A stretch of DNA of 63,509 nucleotides, the filler included. It is 10 parts of 10 records of this genome, joined end to end, with 100 filler letters (N's around TTAATTAATTAA, not from the genome) between each part and the next. Parts side by side here need not be neighbours in the genome. Positions count along the whole stretch, not along the records: positions 1 to 5,088 come from SRR31156797_9555; positions 5,189 to 12,772 come from SRR31156797_9559; 8 more parts are not named here. The stretch is one strand, 5' to 3'. The notes under the pieces were generated by a model. It was not told where the DNA came from and ran no database searches. It was given only the letters and a program-made list of their open reading frames with translations. The translations under genes were made by a program, and so were the position numbers. Each line of letters starts with the position of its first letter. The stretch's first letter is position 1. Of the stretch, positions 1 through 10,744 are shown piece after piece.

Positions 1-710
1 CTCAATTCAAGATCTAACAGTTCGTCTTGTGTAACAGTGCCAACCTGAAACCTCCCTTTTCCGATGGTGTAAAGTGTGTCGGCATTTGACAGGTTGGTTT
101 CCGTTATTGATACCTCAATCTGAGCATCAACCAGGTCGAAGAATAGACCTACAGCTTTTATCGACAGGCTTTCTTTTCCTTGAATAAATTCTTTTTTTGC
201 TTTTTCGAACTTTACAGGTTCTATTTTCGATTGCCACTTTAAACTGTTATAACCGTTAATATTTTGCGAGTACCCGATTAAAAAGGGAGTTGATGAAAAA
301 GAAGATAATTTGTCGTCTCCCAATTTTTGGGTCATGCTTAAACTGGATTGCGCAAATACCTGACCTCCTGTTAATCCTATATTCTGATTAAGAGTAAGTG
401 ATAAATCAGAGTCGAAAACCTCTCTCTCAACAAACTCATCCCTGTTTTCGTCGTAGTTGTACACCTTTTGCATCGATCTGTTATAATCGATAGGGGTGGC
501 ATCCAGCGTTAGTGAAGGTAATAGGTCGGCTTTAAAATAGCGAAACTGCCAATAATCGGCCAGATACATGTTTTTATTGATAAAAGCATCGAGTGATTGT
601 TGCGATGCTACTTCAATAACATCTTCGAGAGACATGTATTTTTTATCCTGGGCAAAACTTTTCCCTCCTAGTATAAAACAGAATATGACGAATAATATAT
701 ATTTTTTCAT
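1..710 (-). CDS. TolC-family outer membrane efflux protein (3' end truncated by window edge)
   Basis: Read by hand; absent from the ORF track. ATG at 710 gives MKKYILFVIFCFILGGKVFAQDKKYMSLEDVIEVASQQSLDAF...YWQFRYFKADLLPSLTL: signal peptide plus a Bacteroidota TolC N-terminus, directly downstream of the ABC permease. Confidence 0.8.
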   Translation of the reverse strand, partial: MKKYILFVIFCFILGGKSFAQDKKYMSLEDVIEVASQQSLDAFINKNMYLADYWQFRYFKADLLPSLTLDATPIDYNRSMQKVYNYDENRDEFVEREVFDSDLSLTLNQNIGLTGGQVFAQSSLSMTQKLGDDKLSSFSSTPFLIGYSQNINGYNSLKWQSKIEPVKFEKAKKEFIQGKESLSIKAVGLFFDLVDAQIEVSITETNLSNADTLYTIGKGRFQVGTVTQDELLDLEL

Positions 711-728
711 GGTGTATTTGTATTGTAA

Positions 729-2090
729 TTATGAGCGTAATGAATTAACCGGATCTTGTTCTGCTGCTCGTTTGGCAGGTAAATAGCCAAAGGTAACACC
801 TACCAGAACTGAAACCCCAAATGAAATGATAATTGAAAAAACAGAAACAATAGTTTTAATATCGAATGCTGCTGTTATAGTTTTAGATAGTACTACGCCA
901 AGGATTATTCCAATAAACCCTCCCGAAACACTTATAATAGTTGACTCTGAAAGAAATTGAACTATAATATCTTTTCGTGAGGCACCTATAGCTTGACGCA
1001 CACCTATTTCTCTAATTCTTTCCATTACAGAGGCAAGCATAATATTCATAATACCTATTCCGCCAACAATCAGCGAAATGCCTGCAATAACACCCAACAC
1101 AATGTTGAATATTTTTTTTGTACGTTGTTGTTGTTTAAGCAGCAACTCGGGAATGGTTACTTCGAAATCGAATAGTTGGTTGTGACGGCGTAAAAGCATC
1201 CGGCGAATAACTTCTGAAGTAGCACTTAGCTGTTCGGTGTCCTTAACCTGCACAATTATTTTATCTAATTGGTTCAGGTTCTCTTTTTTACTGTTTTTAT
1301 CTTCGTCGCGGGAGGCCATCAGTTCTTCCACTTCATCGGCGCGAACCAACGATCTGTTTTTAAAACGCAGTAACATGGTTTGGGCCGGAATGAATATCTT
1401 GTTGTCGGTACTTGAAATTCCCATTTCATCTGAAGCCGAAGCTGTAAAATCCCGACGCTCGACCACACCGATAACCTGCAACCAAATTTGTCCGCATTTA
1501 ATTCTTTTACCAATCGGATTTTCCTGATTAAAAAACACCTTTTTGATATTATCACCTATTATACAAACCGGATATCCGTTACTCATTTGTTCCCGGGTGT
1601 AAAATTTTCCCTGGTTAAGCGAAATATTAAAAAGTTCAAAATAGTCGTTATTTGTTCCTTCAAGAACTACAGGTTTGCTTTTTCCATTTAAAATGGCCGA
1701 GTAATTAAATGAAATTAGAGGGCTAACTCTGCTTACTGTTGGAAGAATTTCTTCAATGGCCTGAACATCAAGAAGCGTTAAGCCTTTCGAGAATTTCTTG
1801 GTACTTACTTGAGCCTGATCTTCAGAACCGGAACTTTCTTCATCATCAACTACCATTTGAGTAGGCGTAATTATTATGTTATTTACCCCCACCATTTTAA
1901 TTTGATCCAGAATCTCTTTTTGTGCCCCATTGCCAATCGCTAACATACTGATAACAGCAGCAACTCCAAAAATAATTCCAAGTGCAGTTAGAAATGATTT
2001 TATCTTGTTGGTGAAAATGGCTTCGAGTCCGGAAACAACATCGTGACCATATCGTTGTACAATTGCTTTCATATTCTGTTGTATTTGCAA
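729..2090 (-). CDS. MacB/FtsX-family ABC transporter permease
   Basis: KSFLTALGIIFGVAAVISMLAIGNGA, a periplasmic domain, and GGIGIMNIMLASVMERIREIGVRQAIGA motifs. The true start may be ATG 2072. Confidence 0.93.
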   Translation of the reverse strand: MQIQQNMKAIVQRYGHDVVSGLEAIFTNKIKSFLTALGIIFGVAAVISMLAIGNGAQKEILDQIKMVGVNNIIITPTQMVVDDEESSGSEDQAQVSTKKFSKGLTLLDVQAIEEILPTVSRVSPLISFNYSAILNGKSKPVVLEGTNNDYFELFNISLNQGKFYTREQMSNGYPVCIIGDNIKKVFFNQENPIGKRIKCGQIWLQVIGVVERRDFTASASDEMGISSTDNKIFIPAQTMLLRFKNRSLVRADEVEELMASRDEDKNSKKENLNQLDKIIVQVKDTEQLSATSEVIRRMLLRRHNQLFDFEVTIPELLLKQQQRTKKIFNIVLGVIAGISLIVGGIGIMNIMLASVMERIREIGVRQAIGASRKDIIVQFLSESTIISVSGGFIGIILGVVLSKTITAAFDIKTIVSVFSIIISFGVSVLVGVTFGYLPAKRAAEQDPVNSLRS

Positions 2091-3473
2091 TTAACCGATA
2101 ATTATCATTCCACCACCACCACCTTTGCCTTTTTTATTTGGCATATATGGTGCTTTTTTATCTTCTTCAATCCTTTTTAATTCTTCGGCTTCTTCTCTGG
2201 CTTTTCTTTCCTTAATCTCTTTCCAAATTGCCTGGCCTTCCAATGCAAGGTTGTCATTGCCTTCTGGTTCGGTCAATAAAACAACATCACCTTCTTTAAG
2301 ACCTTTTCGAACAAGTATGAAATTTTCATTTTGGTCTCCCAGATCAACTATTTGTTTTATGGTTTTATTGTTCTTCAAATAAACATACTGCAGCGAGTCA
2401 TTCTCGAAAACAGCTTCAGTAGGAATGCAAAGAGTGTCTTGATAAAGTGCTGTTTCAATGATGTTACTGGTTGTCATGGCTGGTTTTAAACCGGAAACAT
2501 CTCCGAAAATACGAACTTTAACTTCAAATACTTTAGCATCTCCTTTGGGCATTGGTTGGCCGATGTTGGCAACTGTAACCACTTCGCCTTCCATTACTTT
2601 TCCAGGAATGGCATCAATACCTAAAGTAACTTTTTGCCCCTTCTTTATTTTAGAGATGTCAATTTCGTTTACAAAACTGAGCGACTGCATCGACGACATA
2701 TCAGGGAGGGTGGCAATTACCGGCATCCAGGGCGATATGGTAGAACCAACTTTTATTTTTTCCCGCATTCGATCTTTTCCATAGATAATCATACCAGATT
2801 TTGGAGCAATAATTTTCAGCGAATTAAAAACTTCTTGCAACTTATTCACCCTGGTTTGTTTTTGATCAAGTTCAATTTTCGACCGATCAACTTTGGCTAC
2901 TGCTTGCCTTTCTTTTAGCACATATCCGTTTTTTTGTTGCTTCAATTTTCGTTTGGCTTTATCCAAATCCATTTCAGCTTTGCGGATTACTGATGGCGAT
3001 TCATATTTCGACTCATCTAATACAATTTGTTGTGCTTCAACTTCTTCTGTTGCATTAATAATCTCGTCGCGGTAATTGCTTAAAGTAAGATTTGAATCCA
3101 TTTTGGCATCTTCAAATTCGTTGTAAGCCGTCTCAAGTTCTTGTTCTGCTGTAGCTAACAGTTCTTCAACTTTTTTTCGGTCAAGTGTCGCAACATAATC
3201 TCCCGAATCAACAACAGTACCTTCTTCTATCAGATCGGTAATGTTTATTTCATAAATACGAATATTTCTATCCATGAGATTAGTCGGGATAGAGATGTCT
3301 TCAGAATTTTGGGCTTCCAGTTGCCCACTTGAATATACGAGCACCTCAAATGGACCTTTTAAAACTTTGGTTGTAATTTCAGCGGATTCACTTTTCGACT
3401 TGGGGTACAGTGTAAATGCCAAAAACAGTACGAGTACAGCCAAGGCAGCAAACAGCCAGTTTTTTCGTTTCAT
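2091..3473 (-). CDS. Efflux periplasmic adaptor subunit (MacA/HlyD-like)
   Basis: N-terminal membrane anchor, EGTVVDSGD lipoyl-like half motif, long coiled coil, LKPAMT and GLKEGD motifs. Confidence 0.88.
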   Translation of the reverse strand: MKRKNWLFAALAVLVLFLAFTLYPKSKSESAEITTKVLKGPFEVLVYSSGQLEAQNSEDISIPTNLMDRNIRIYEINITDLIEEGTVVDSGDYVATLDRKKVEELLATAEQELETAYNEFEDAKMDSNLTLSNYRDEIINATEEVEAQQIVLDESKYESPSVIRKAEMDLDKAKRKLKQQKNGYVLKERQAVAKVDRSKIELDQKQTRVNKLQEVFNSLKIIAPKSGMIIYGKDRMREKIKVGSTISPWMPVIATLPDMSSMQSLSFVNEIDISKIKKGQKVTLGIDAIPGKVMEGEVVTVANIGQPMPKGDAKVFEVKVRIFGDVSGLKPAMTTSNIIETALYQDTLCIPTEAVFENDSLQYVYLKNNKTIKQIVDLGDQNENFILVRKGLKEGDVVLLTEPEGNDNLALEGQAIWKEIKERKAREEAEELKRIEEDKKAPYMPNKKGKGGGGGMIIIG

Positions 3474-3725
3474 TTTGGTATGTTTTTAAGTTTTCAATGG
3501 TTTCCGATGGAACGTGCGTTTGTTGGTATCAGAAAATACAAAAAGAATGCAGGGACGAACGTTTCATGGTTATTGTTTTTGTTTTTTTTAAGTTTAGAAT
3601 ACAGTTTTTTTGCTGAACAAAAATTATGCCTTGTTCAATTTGTATCACAAGAAACGAAAAAATAGTATAAAATATTGTTAATTTTTATGTATAAAAACTA
3701 ACGCTTTAGTTTTTTAACTGAAAAG

Positions 3726-4637
3726 TCAGTTTGTTTTGGTTTTTGTAAATTTTAATATTCCGGCTTGCGCAAGTGTCATAATTAAAACTCCTGCCACAGT
3801 AATCATACCTCCAATAAATTGGTATAACAATGGAAACGAATGAAAAACAATATAGGAGCCAATTAGTACAAAGATTCCTTTAAGTGTTTGAACAATAGCT
3901 GATCGCGATGCTTCGATAAACTTAAAGGAATAGTAAACGGTTAAAATGGCAATAAATTCGAGAAATGCACCAATGGAGATATTGCTAAATGCTTTAAACG
4001 GAATAGATAAGGGGGGATTGTAAACGATAAAAGCAATAATTGAAAATAAAAATAGCCATACATACCGATTAAGGTTAAACAGCTCAGGGCTTATATTTTT
4101 TACATTTACTTTTACAATCAGAGTGGCGCACGTAGCAAATACTGCGTTTATAAAAACAACCCCGGTACCGGCAATAAAAAGTGTTTTCAACGAGGTCCCT
4201 CCAGTGTAACTAATGACAAAAGTTCCAATTAATGCAAGGGTTGCACCAACTATTTCTACCCAACCAAATTTTTCTTTTAAAATAAAAACACCACCTAATG
4301 TTACCATTACCGGAAAAAGATTACCAAGAAAGGAAGTGATTGATGGATCGGGGATTATATTTATTGAAATAAAAAAAGTAGTTGTAGTAAGAATTTCAAT
4401 TACACCCAATAATAACAGGATACGAATCTGCTGTTTTGGTAGCTTTAGAACTTGTTTTAGTTTTTGATTTTTAAGCGCAAACAACAAGCTAAACAAAATT
4501 CCGAAACCACACCAAAAGATACCAAATTGTGCCAGATGAATCTGGTTAAGTGCAGCTTTACTAAAAATATATACGTTTGAAAAGGCAATTGTAGCGACCA
4601 GTGCCAACAAATATCCTTTGAAGGTTTTTGTTTTCAT
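3726..4637 (-). CDS. DMT/EamA-family transporter
   Basis: About 10 hydrophobic segments in two repeats; FILKEK motif. Confidence 0.85.
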   Translation of the reverse strand: MKTKTFKGYLLALVATIAFSNVYIFSKAALNQIHLAQFGIFWCGFGILFSLLFALKNQKLKQVLKLPKQQIRILLLLGVIEILTTTTFFISINIIPDPSITSFLGNLFPVMVTLGGVFILKEKFGWVEIVGATLALIGTFVISYTGGTSLKTLFIAGTGVVFINAVFATCATLIVKVNVKNISPELFNLNRYVWLFLFSIIAFIVYNPPLSIPFKAFSNISIGAFLEFIAILTVYYSFKFIEASRSAIVQTLKGIFVLIGSYIVFHSFPLLYQFIGGMITVAGVLIMTLAQAGILKFTKTKTN

Positions 4638-4641
4638 GCGG

Positions 4642-4649
4642 CAAATATA
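4642..4649 (-). promoter_or_regulatory. Bacteroidota -7 promoter element (TAnnTTTG)
   Basis: TATATTTG on the minus strand, 4 nt upstream of the DMT ATG. Confidence 0.6.
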
Positions 4650-4757
4650 GAAAAAGAAGATAAGTGACTTACATGATTAATGTTTTGATGCCGAACTGTA
4701 AAATGAAATCGTTGAAATGTTGTAAATTGTGTTTGCTAAACGATTAAATCAAATGTT

Positions 4758-5088
4758 ATGAATTCTCAGGCAGTTTCTAAAAATGATAATACGGATTCGG
4801 CAGGCAAAACTTTAAATATTGTTGTTCGTTGGAGGCGTTTGTTTTATGTAAATTATTCGGCACGTTTTATTCGGTTAAAAGGAGATTTATGTACCTATAA
4901 AGAACATCTCGAGGCTTGTTTGAAACATCCGGATAAAAAAGAGGATAAAAATAACTGGATAAAAAAAGCCCTTGCTTTGTGTAATGCAGCAGCTGAAAAA
5001 CTTCAGGATATTAGGATTGATGAAGGGTGGAAATTATTGCACGAAGCTCAACGTATGGAGGTGTATAGCAGTCCTAAATTCAGAAAAG
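4758..5088 (+). CDS. Hypothetical protein (truncated by contig end)
   Basis: Open frame runs into the N spacer; no motif recognised. Confidence 0.55.
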
Positions 5089-5188
5089 NNNNNNNNNNNN
5101 NNNNNNNNNNNNNNNNNNNNNNNNNNNNNNNNTTAATTAATTAANNNNNNNNNNNNNNNNNNNNNNNNNNNNNNNNNNNNNNNNNNNN
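5089..5188. other. Artificial contig spacer 1 (44N-TTAATTAATTAA-44N)
   Basis: Identical 100-nt spacer occurs nine times; the linker has stops in all frames; composition changes across it. Confidence 0.98.
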
Positions 5189-5190
5189 GT

Positions 5191-5793
5191 GATGTTGTTC
5201 CGTTGGCGCAAGGAGCCGGCATCATAATTGCCGAGCGAATTATTGACGTCTCGGTCCTTTGTTTGATGGTCTTTATTGGAAGCATCCGGTTAGGAGATGA
5301 TAAAATACGAAATTTAGCTCTTGTTTTATTAACCTGCTGCTTAATCGGCGTTCTTGTTTTGTGGTTATTAGCGGGCGTGCGACCCCGAACGAAATTTTGG
5401 GAGTCTGTTCAGCATTTAGGAGAATCAATTCGTTCTTTAAAAAATAATCCGCTAATGACTTTTGGGATTTTATTGCTAGCAATAGTGATATGGATAGGCA
5501 CTTCAATACAGGTGCTTATACTTTATCATGGCTTCGGTGTTTATCTACCATTAAATTATTCATTATCCGTAATACCCGTCATCATTTTTGTTGGCCTGAT
5601 CCCAATTACGATAGGCGGGATGGGAACAAGGGACGCAGCATTCATCTACTTTTTCTCCATGCATGCTGCAGACCACACCAGCCTGGCTGTTGGTCTCCTT
5701 TTCACATTATTCCGGTATTGGCTGCCAGCTTTGATGTCGTTGCCGTTCCTATGGGAACTATATGGAAAAATGAACTATATGAACAAGAAATAA
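5191..5793 (+). CDS. Lysylphosphatidylglycerol-synthase TM / UPF0104 flippase-like membrane protein (5' truncated)
   Basis: IIAERIIDV and LIPITIGGMGTRDAA motifs typical of LPG_synthase_TM. Confidence 0.82.
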   Translation, partial: DVVPLAQGAGIIIAERIIDVSVLCLMVFIGSIRLGDDKIRNLALVLLTCCLIGVLVLWLLAGVRPRTKFWESVQHLGESIRSLKNNPLMTFGILLLAIVIWIGTSIQVLILYHGFGVYLPLNYSLSVIPVIIFVGLIPITIGGMGTRDAAFIYFFSMHAADHTSLAVGLLFTLFRYWLPALMSLPFLWELYGKMNYMNKK

Positions 5794-5836
5794 TTAAAGA
5801 TAACGGAATCAAATAAATAGAGAAGTCTTTTTTCAT

Positions 5837-7273
5837 TTAAACAGAATGTCGCTGTGATTTCATACCGGCTACTTGAATACCGGCCTTGGCCTTTTTCTTA
5901 AATTCGGACCAATTTTTAATTTTACTGATGCGTTTCAAAATATAACCTGGTCTGAGATAGAATCGTTTATAGCCGTATACCAAAAGCTCTTCCAACTCCT
6001 CCCGTGCAAAAAACTCCCCCCAATGAGGTGGTGTAAAATCGTATTTGGGATTAGTCGCGAAATCGCGCCAAACATCCCGCTCGATGATACCACTTTCCAA
6101 GGCTTCAAAATAAATCTGGGTGCCTGGAAATGGCGTTAGAATTGTCATATGCAGAAAGTCGGGTTTAAGCCGGCGAGCAAGTTTAAAAGTGCAGGCAATA
6201 TCTTCCTCTGTTTCCCCTGGGTTGCCTATCATGAAATAGGCCAGAGTGGGAATTCCTTGTTGTTTTGTCAAATCGAATACTTCTGTAACCTGTTGCAGGT
6301 TTATTCCTTTATTAAGCGACTTCAATATCCTATCCGTTCCCGCTTCAACGCCGTAGTGGATTCCTTGACAGCCCGCATGTCGAAGCTTTGAAAGCATTTC
6401 CTTGCTCACGGTATCAACCCGGGCGCGCACATCAAATAAAATATCCAGCTTTCGTTGAGTTATCAGATCACAGATATCCATCACCCGTTGGTGATTCACA
6501 GTAAATGTATCATCATAAATAAGGAATTCCCTGATTCCCATCCGGACGCAAATTTCGATTTCGTCGACTACATTCAAGGCGGAGCGAGATCGAAAATGTT
6601 TTCCTAAATGCGGCCGGTCGCAGAAACGGCATTTATATGGGCAACCGCGGCTGGTGAAAAGGGTTGTGACTGTTTCACCAGTTGATAGAAGTGAGCTATA
6701 TTTTGTATATGGCGTCATGTGACGTGCCGGATGCGGCAGGTCATCAAGGTTTTCAATCGGCATCGGTGGATTTGTTCGGATAATATCTTCACCTGAACGA
6801 AATACAAGCCCCGGGATTTGCCGAAGACGATCAGCATCATCGATAGCGTCAATCAGGCTAAGAAAGGCTTTTTCTCCCTCGCCTAGAACAAGATAGTCGA
6901 CGCCGATTTGCGACATGGTTTCTTCAGGAAAAAGATAAACATGAGGACCGCCTAAAACAATTTTGACACCGGGAAGAACTAACTTGGACAGGCGCACGGT
7001 TTCCAATACATCAATAATGGTCATTGTCATTGCAGTCAGACCGATTACATCTGCACGGGAAGCTGACAATCTTGCGCTAAGTTGTTTATATGTAAGCTTT
7101 TCTGCTTGTGCATCGATAACTTCAATTCGATGTTTGCTATAGGCTTCCAAATATCCAGCCAGATATAACAGGCCTAAAGGGGGGGTAAGCCCCCGCTCCT
7201 CTTCAATAATGGCTGGGTTATTGCCTATAATCTCGTTAAAACGAGGTGGATTGATTAAGAGAATATTCATCAA
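5837..7273 (-). CDS. Cobalamin-binding radical SAM protein (class B type)
   Basis: N-terminal B12-binding domain (PPLGLLYLA, IVLGGPH, LGEGE), SRGCPYKCRFC CxxxCxxC motif, TPFPGT. Confidence 0.92.
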   Translation of the reverse strand: MMNILLINPPRFNEIIGNNPAIIEEERGLTPPLGLLYLAGYLEAYSKHRIEVIDAQAEKLTYKQLSARLSASRADVIGLTAMTMTIIDVLETVRLSKLVLPGVKIVLGGPHVYLFPEETMSQIGVDYLVLGEGEKAFLSLIDAIDDADRLRQIPGLVFRSGEDIIRTNPPMPIENLDDLPHPARHMTPYTKYSSLLSTGETVTTLFTSRGCPYKCRFCDRPHLGKHFRSRSALNVVDEIEICVRMGIREFLIYDDTFTVNHQRVMDICDLITQRKLDILFDVRARVDTVSKEMLSKLRHAGCQGIHYGVEAGTDRILKSLNKGINLQQVTEVFDLTKQQGIPTLAYFMIGNPGETEEDIACTFKLARRLKPDFLHMTILTPFPGTQIYFEALESGIIERDVWRDFATNPKYDFTPPHWGEFFAREELEELLVYGYKRFYLRPGYILKRISKIKNWSEFKKKAKAGIQVAGMKSQRHSV

Positions 7274-7274
7274 T

Positions 7275-8219
7275 TCACATCCGTTTATCTATCAAATCGG
7301 CAAGCAGGCCAACAGCTAACACCATTACGCTTGTCATAAATAATACACCGAATGTCACGTCCATGGGCTTTTCCATGAAAGCCCAACTTAAAAACAATAC
7401 GAGAAAAGCCATGGCCAAGGTGATTAAACTCAATGGAATAAAGATACGTAGTGGATTGAACCACAGAATCGTTCGGCAAATGAGCTGAATAAAGTTTAAG
7501 AAATCATACAACGGTCTAATCTTGGAACGACCGACTCTGTGATGGTAATCAACCGGGATGTACGCAAGGCGATGCCCATTGCTAAGCATGGCCAAAGTAA
7601 TTGTAGTTGTGAAACTGAATCCATCCGGCAGTAAGCGAAAAAATGAAACGGCAATCTCTTTTCGCATGACTCTAAGGCCTGAGTTAATATCCTCTATAGG
7701 ATATCCACTGAGGTGGATTGCCAACTTTTGCAAGATCCATTTGGCTGGACGTCGCATAGCAGGAATATTTACATTTGAGCCAGTGCGTGCGCCGACTACC
7801 ATTGCAAGCCTTTCTGAACGTGCATGACTCAATAGTTCAGGGAGGCGTTCAATTGGGTAGGTTCCGTCGGCATCTGTTATCGCGACCCAGTCGTATCGGG
7901 CGACGTTAATACCGGTTTTTAGGGCAGCTCCATAGCCAAGATTCTTTGGATGATGAATAACTTGAACTGATTCTGAAATCAATTCGATTACAGCTTCTTT
8001 TGAACCGTCAGTTGAACCATCGTTGACCAAAATGAATTCAATTTGTTCGCCAATTTGGATTTTTAAATTATTAATGCGGCGCATCAAATCCTGTATGGCA
8101 TTTTTCTCATTATATATCGGGATAATTAGACTCAGGCCCTTACTTTCATAGTTTAAGGCTTCGAGGTTAAAATTCAAATTTTCTGAATAATTGGGCAAGT
8201 AATGCCTCCTGTTTTTCAC
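7275..8219 (-). CDS. GT2 glycosyltransferase (polyprenol-phosphate glycosyltransferase-like) with C-terminal TM helices
   Basis: IIPIYNE, VNDGSTDGS, NLGYGAALKTG, TDADGTY motifs. Confidence 0.92.
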   Translation of the reverse strand: MKNRRHYLPNYSENLNFNLEALNYESKGLSLIIPIYNEKNAIQDLMRRINNLKIQIGEQIEFILVNDGSTDGSKEAVIELISESVQVIHHPKNLGYGAALKTGINVARYDWVAITDADGTYPIERLPELLSHARSERLAMVVGARTGSNVNIPAMRRPAKWILQKLAIHLSGYPIEDINSGLRVMRKEIAVSFFRLLPDGFSFTTTITLAMLSNGHRLAYIPVDYHHRVGRSKIRPLYDFLNFIQLICRTILWFNPLRIFIPLSLITLAMAFLVLFLSWAFMEKPMDVTFGVLFMTSVMVLAVGLLADLIDKRM

Positions 8220-8656
8220 TAAGCTATAATAAAAAATATTTATCCTAATTCTGAATCCCGGTTTTATGTATTAATAATCATGCTCATACTTATCATATAA
8301 TCGAAGGGTTATGCAAATCTAATAATTATCTCAGCGAGGATTAGCTTAACGGGGTTTGGGAAAATACACAGTAGATGAAGAAGCGATTATAAATATAATA
8401 AGAAATGTTAGTTCGCTATGATGTAGCTAATGTTTGAAGCAAAGTGGATACTGTGGATAATTACTAAGTGTAATGGCGGTATGAAAATGATGAAGCAGGG
8501 ATTATCGCTTATATAATACATTAAGAACAACTCCTGAAAAAACAGAAACAAGCCGAATTGGAATTTAATTAACGGCCCCTTTTAGAGGCATTCTTCATAT
8601 CACCGGCTCTTCCGGTGGTTACAGCTTAAAATCAATAGTATTTTTAAGAAAAAATT

Positions 8657-10471
8657 TTATGAATCTGATTTATAAAGCCTTATCTTCTGATCAGGATGCA
8701 GTTGTGAATCATCACTCTGAACCCAGATTTCAGAGTAGTTTGCTTTAATCCAATCCATAATTAATTTTCCATTATTAGCATCCTTACCGAAATATCCAAG
8801 ACCAAATTCAGATGGATCTTTAGGAATGAGGACAATATAATCAGGATGGGCTTCGATAAATGATTTTTTAATATTCATTTCACCAACACGATTCAGAATG
8901 GTTGGCATAAATACTATGAATTTTGAAGGGTTTTGTATTCTTAGTAGATAATTTATCATTATCCCTTCTGGAATAACTGTCAATGTGGAACAAGGGGGAA
9001 CAATATTATTAATCGTTTCGATAAGCTCAGCAACGTCTTTTCCTGACCTAATAATATTTGCATTAAAAGGAAATGATTTGATTTTATCACCATGGTTACC
9101 TACGGGAATTACTTTATATCGGTAAATATTATTTGATAGATAAAAGGAATATAGCAATTCGACACACAAGAAACACGTCAGAAATATTCTGTAGTATCTT
9201 GTTGTTTTATTTTTTATAATAATATTAGGAAATAGCCATGAAAAAGAAGTGATTGAAATCAGCATTGCTCCACAGGCAAAGACGAAGCCGTAATGATAGA
9301 TACGAGGAGATAGAAGTATTTTTCCTAACAACACTATACTAAATATCGACCAAATGAAAAGAGAAATATATTTCAATTTTATTGATTCATTTTTTTCTTT
9401 GAGTAATAAAAGAAAACACAAAACACCTGTTGCAATTGGTATAAAAAGTAAAGATTTGTTTACAATAACAAAAGGAAATTTTTCTGATTTTAAAAAAATG
9501 GAAAAAACAAGAAAGATTAGAGAAGGTACTAAATATTTTAGCTTTGCGAGAATATTTTTTGTTTCAGCAGAGTAGTTAATCATTACTAAATGCCATAAGA
9601 AAAAAAATACACCCAATGTTTCTAAAGCCATAATTAAAAGATTCTTAAAGGGTTGATTAAATCCTGTGGATGTATTGTAAAAAGTATTATCAAATATCTG
9701 ATTGTCAATGACTGACTTGAAGGGCAATGATAAAGCTGATGCTATATCAAATATTGTCATTGAAGAAAATAAGTGTAAAAAAAGTAATGGACCTAATAAG
9801 GTTTTTAAAAAAATAATCATGAATTTAAGTTTGTGAATTGACTTGGTTTTATCGAAAAGAAAGATGTAAAACATGTAAGATATAAATGCCGAAAATGAGG
9901 CTATAATTAGTTCTGCTCTGGTTAATAATAATAGACCAAATGATAAACCTGCAATTGCTGCATTTTGATATGAGAAACGATTAATATTGCGTTGAAGTGT
10001 AACCAGCATTGTAAAACAAAAGAAAATACCGTAAGTGTAGGAATATGAGTAGGGTGTTATCCAGTTGTAATTTCCTACTCCAGTAAAGTGAGGAAAGGCA
10101 AAGTACAGAAGAAATGCAAGTGATACAATCAAAGCGTTTAGTTGATCACTTGCTTTAAAAAAATATAGATATATTAGGAAGGTAGCTGTTGCGGTTAGTA
10201 GCAAATTAAAAACAATTAAAGTCGTAAAAGAGTCTCCAAAAAGATAAAAAAGAGTTCCATTTATAACAGGAGCCAGTGGACCATATTCATAGTAAATATC
10301 TACATAAAGCGATTTGCCAATGCTCATTTGCCAAGCGATATATAGTTCACGACCAAAATCAATTAAAATATCCGGCCATTTACGCCACGTCCAAATTGTT
10401 AAAAAAGTAAAAATTGAATATACTATTGTAAGATAAAATAGGTTAGTCCTGATAAATCCTTTAGAATTCAT
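8657..10471 (-). CDS. Polytopic membrane protein, GT-C fold glycosyltransferase-like
   Basis: More than 10 TM segments, an acidic first loop (IDFGRELY...LYVDIYYEYGPL) and a C-terminal soluble domain; very AT-rich. Confidence 0.6.
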   Translation of the reverse strand: MNSKGFIRTNLFYLTIVYSIFTFLTIWTWRKWPDILIDFGRELYIAWQMSIGKSLYVDIYYEYGPLAPVINGTLFYLFGDSFTTLIVFNLLLTATATFLIYLYFFKASDQLNALIVSLAFLLYFAFPHFTGVGNYNWITPYSYSYTYGIFFCFTMLVTLQRNINRFSYQNAAIAGLSFGLLLLTRAELIIASFSAFISYMFYIFLFDKTKSIHKLKFMIIFLKTLLGPLLFLHLFSSMTIFDIASALSLPFKSVIDNQIFDNTFYNTSTGFNQPFKNLLIMALETLGVFFFLWHLVMINYSAETKNILAKLKYLVPSLIFLVFSIFLKSEKFPFVIVNKSLLFIPIATGVLCFLLLLKEKNESIKLKYISLFIWSIFSIVLLGKILLSPRIYHYGFVFACGAMLISITSFSWLFPNIIIKNKTTRYYRIFLTCFLCVELLYSFYLSNNIYRYKVIPVGNHGDKIKSFPFNANIIRSGKDVAELIETINNIVPPCSTLTVIPEGIMINYLLRIQNPSKFIVFMPTILNRVGEMNIKKSFIEAHPDYIVLIPKDPSEFGLGYFGKDANNGKLIMDWIKANYSEIWVQSDDSQLHPDQKIRLYKSDS

Positions 10472-10744
10472 TTGAATTATCTCCGCATAATGAGATGTGG
10501 TAACATCTTATATTATCTTTTGCAATTCGGTAGATAAGGAAATTTTGTTGTCAAAATGTTTATGAAATGGCAAAAGAAAGTATACAAAATATTATATTTA
10601 ATTTAGAAAAACCAATTTGATACCATAAAAAAATCAGATATATATATTTGAATCACAAAAAAGAAAATGTTTAATAAATGATATCATTATAAAAGTTATA
10701 AAACAAAGTAATATGAATCTACGATTATAAAAAGATTACATTAT

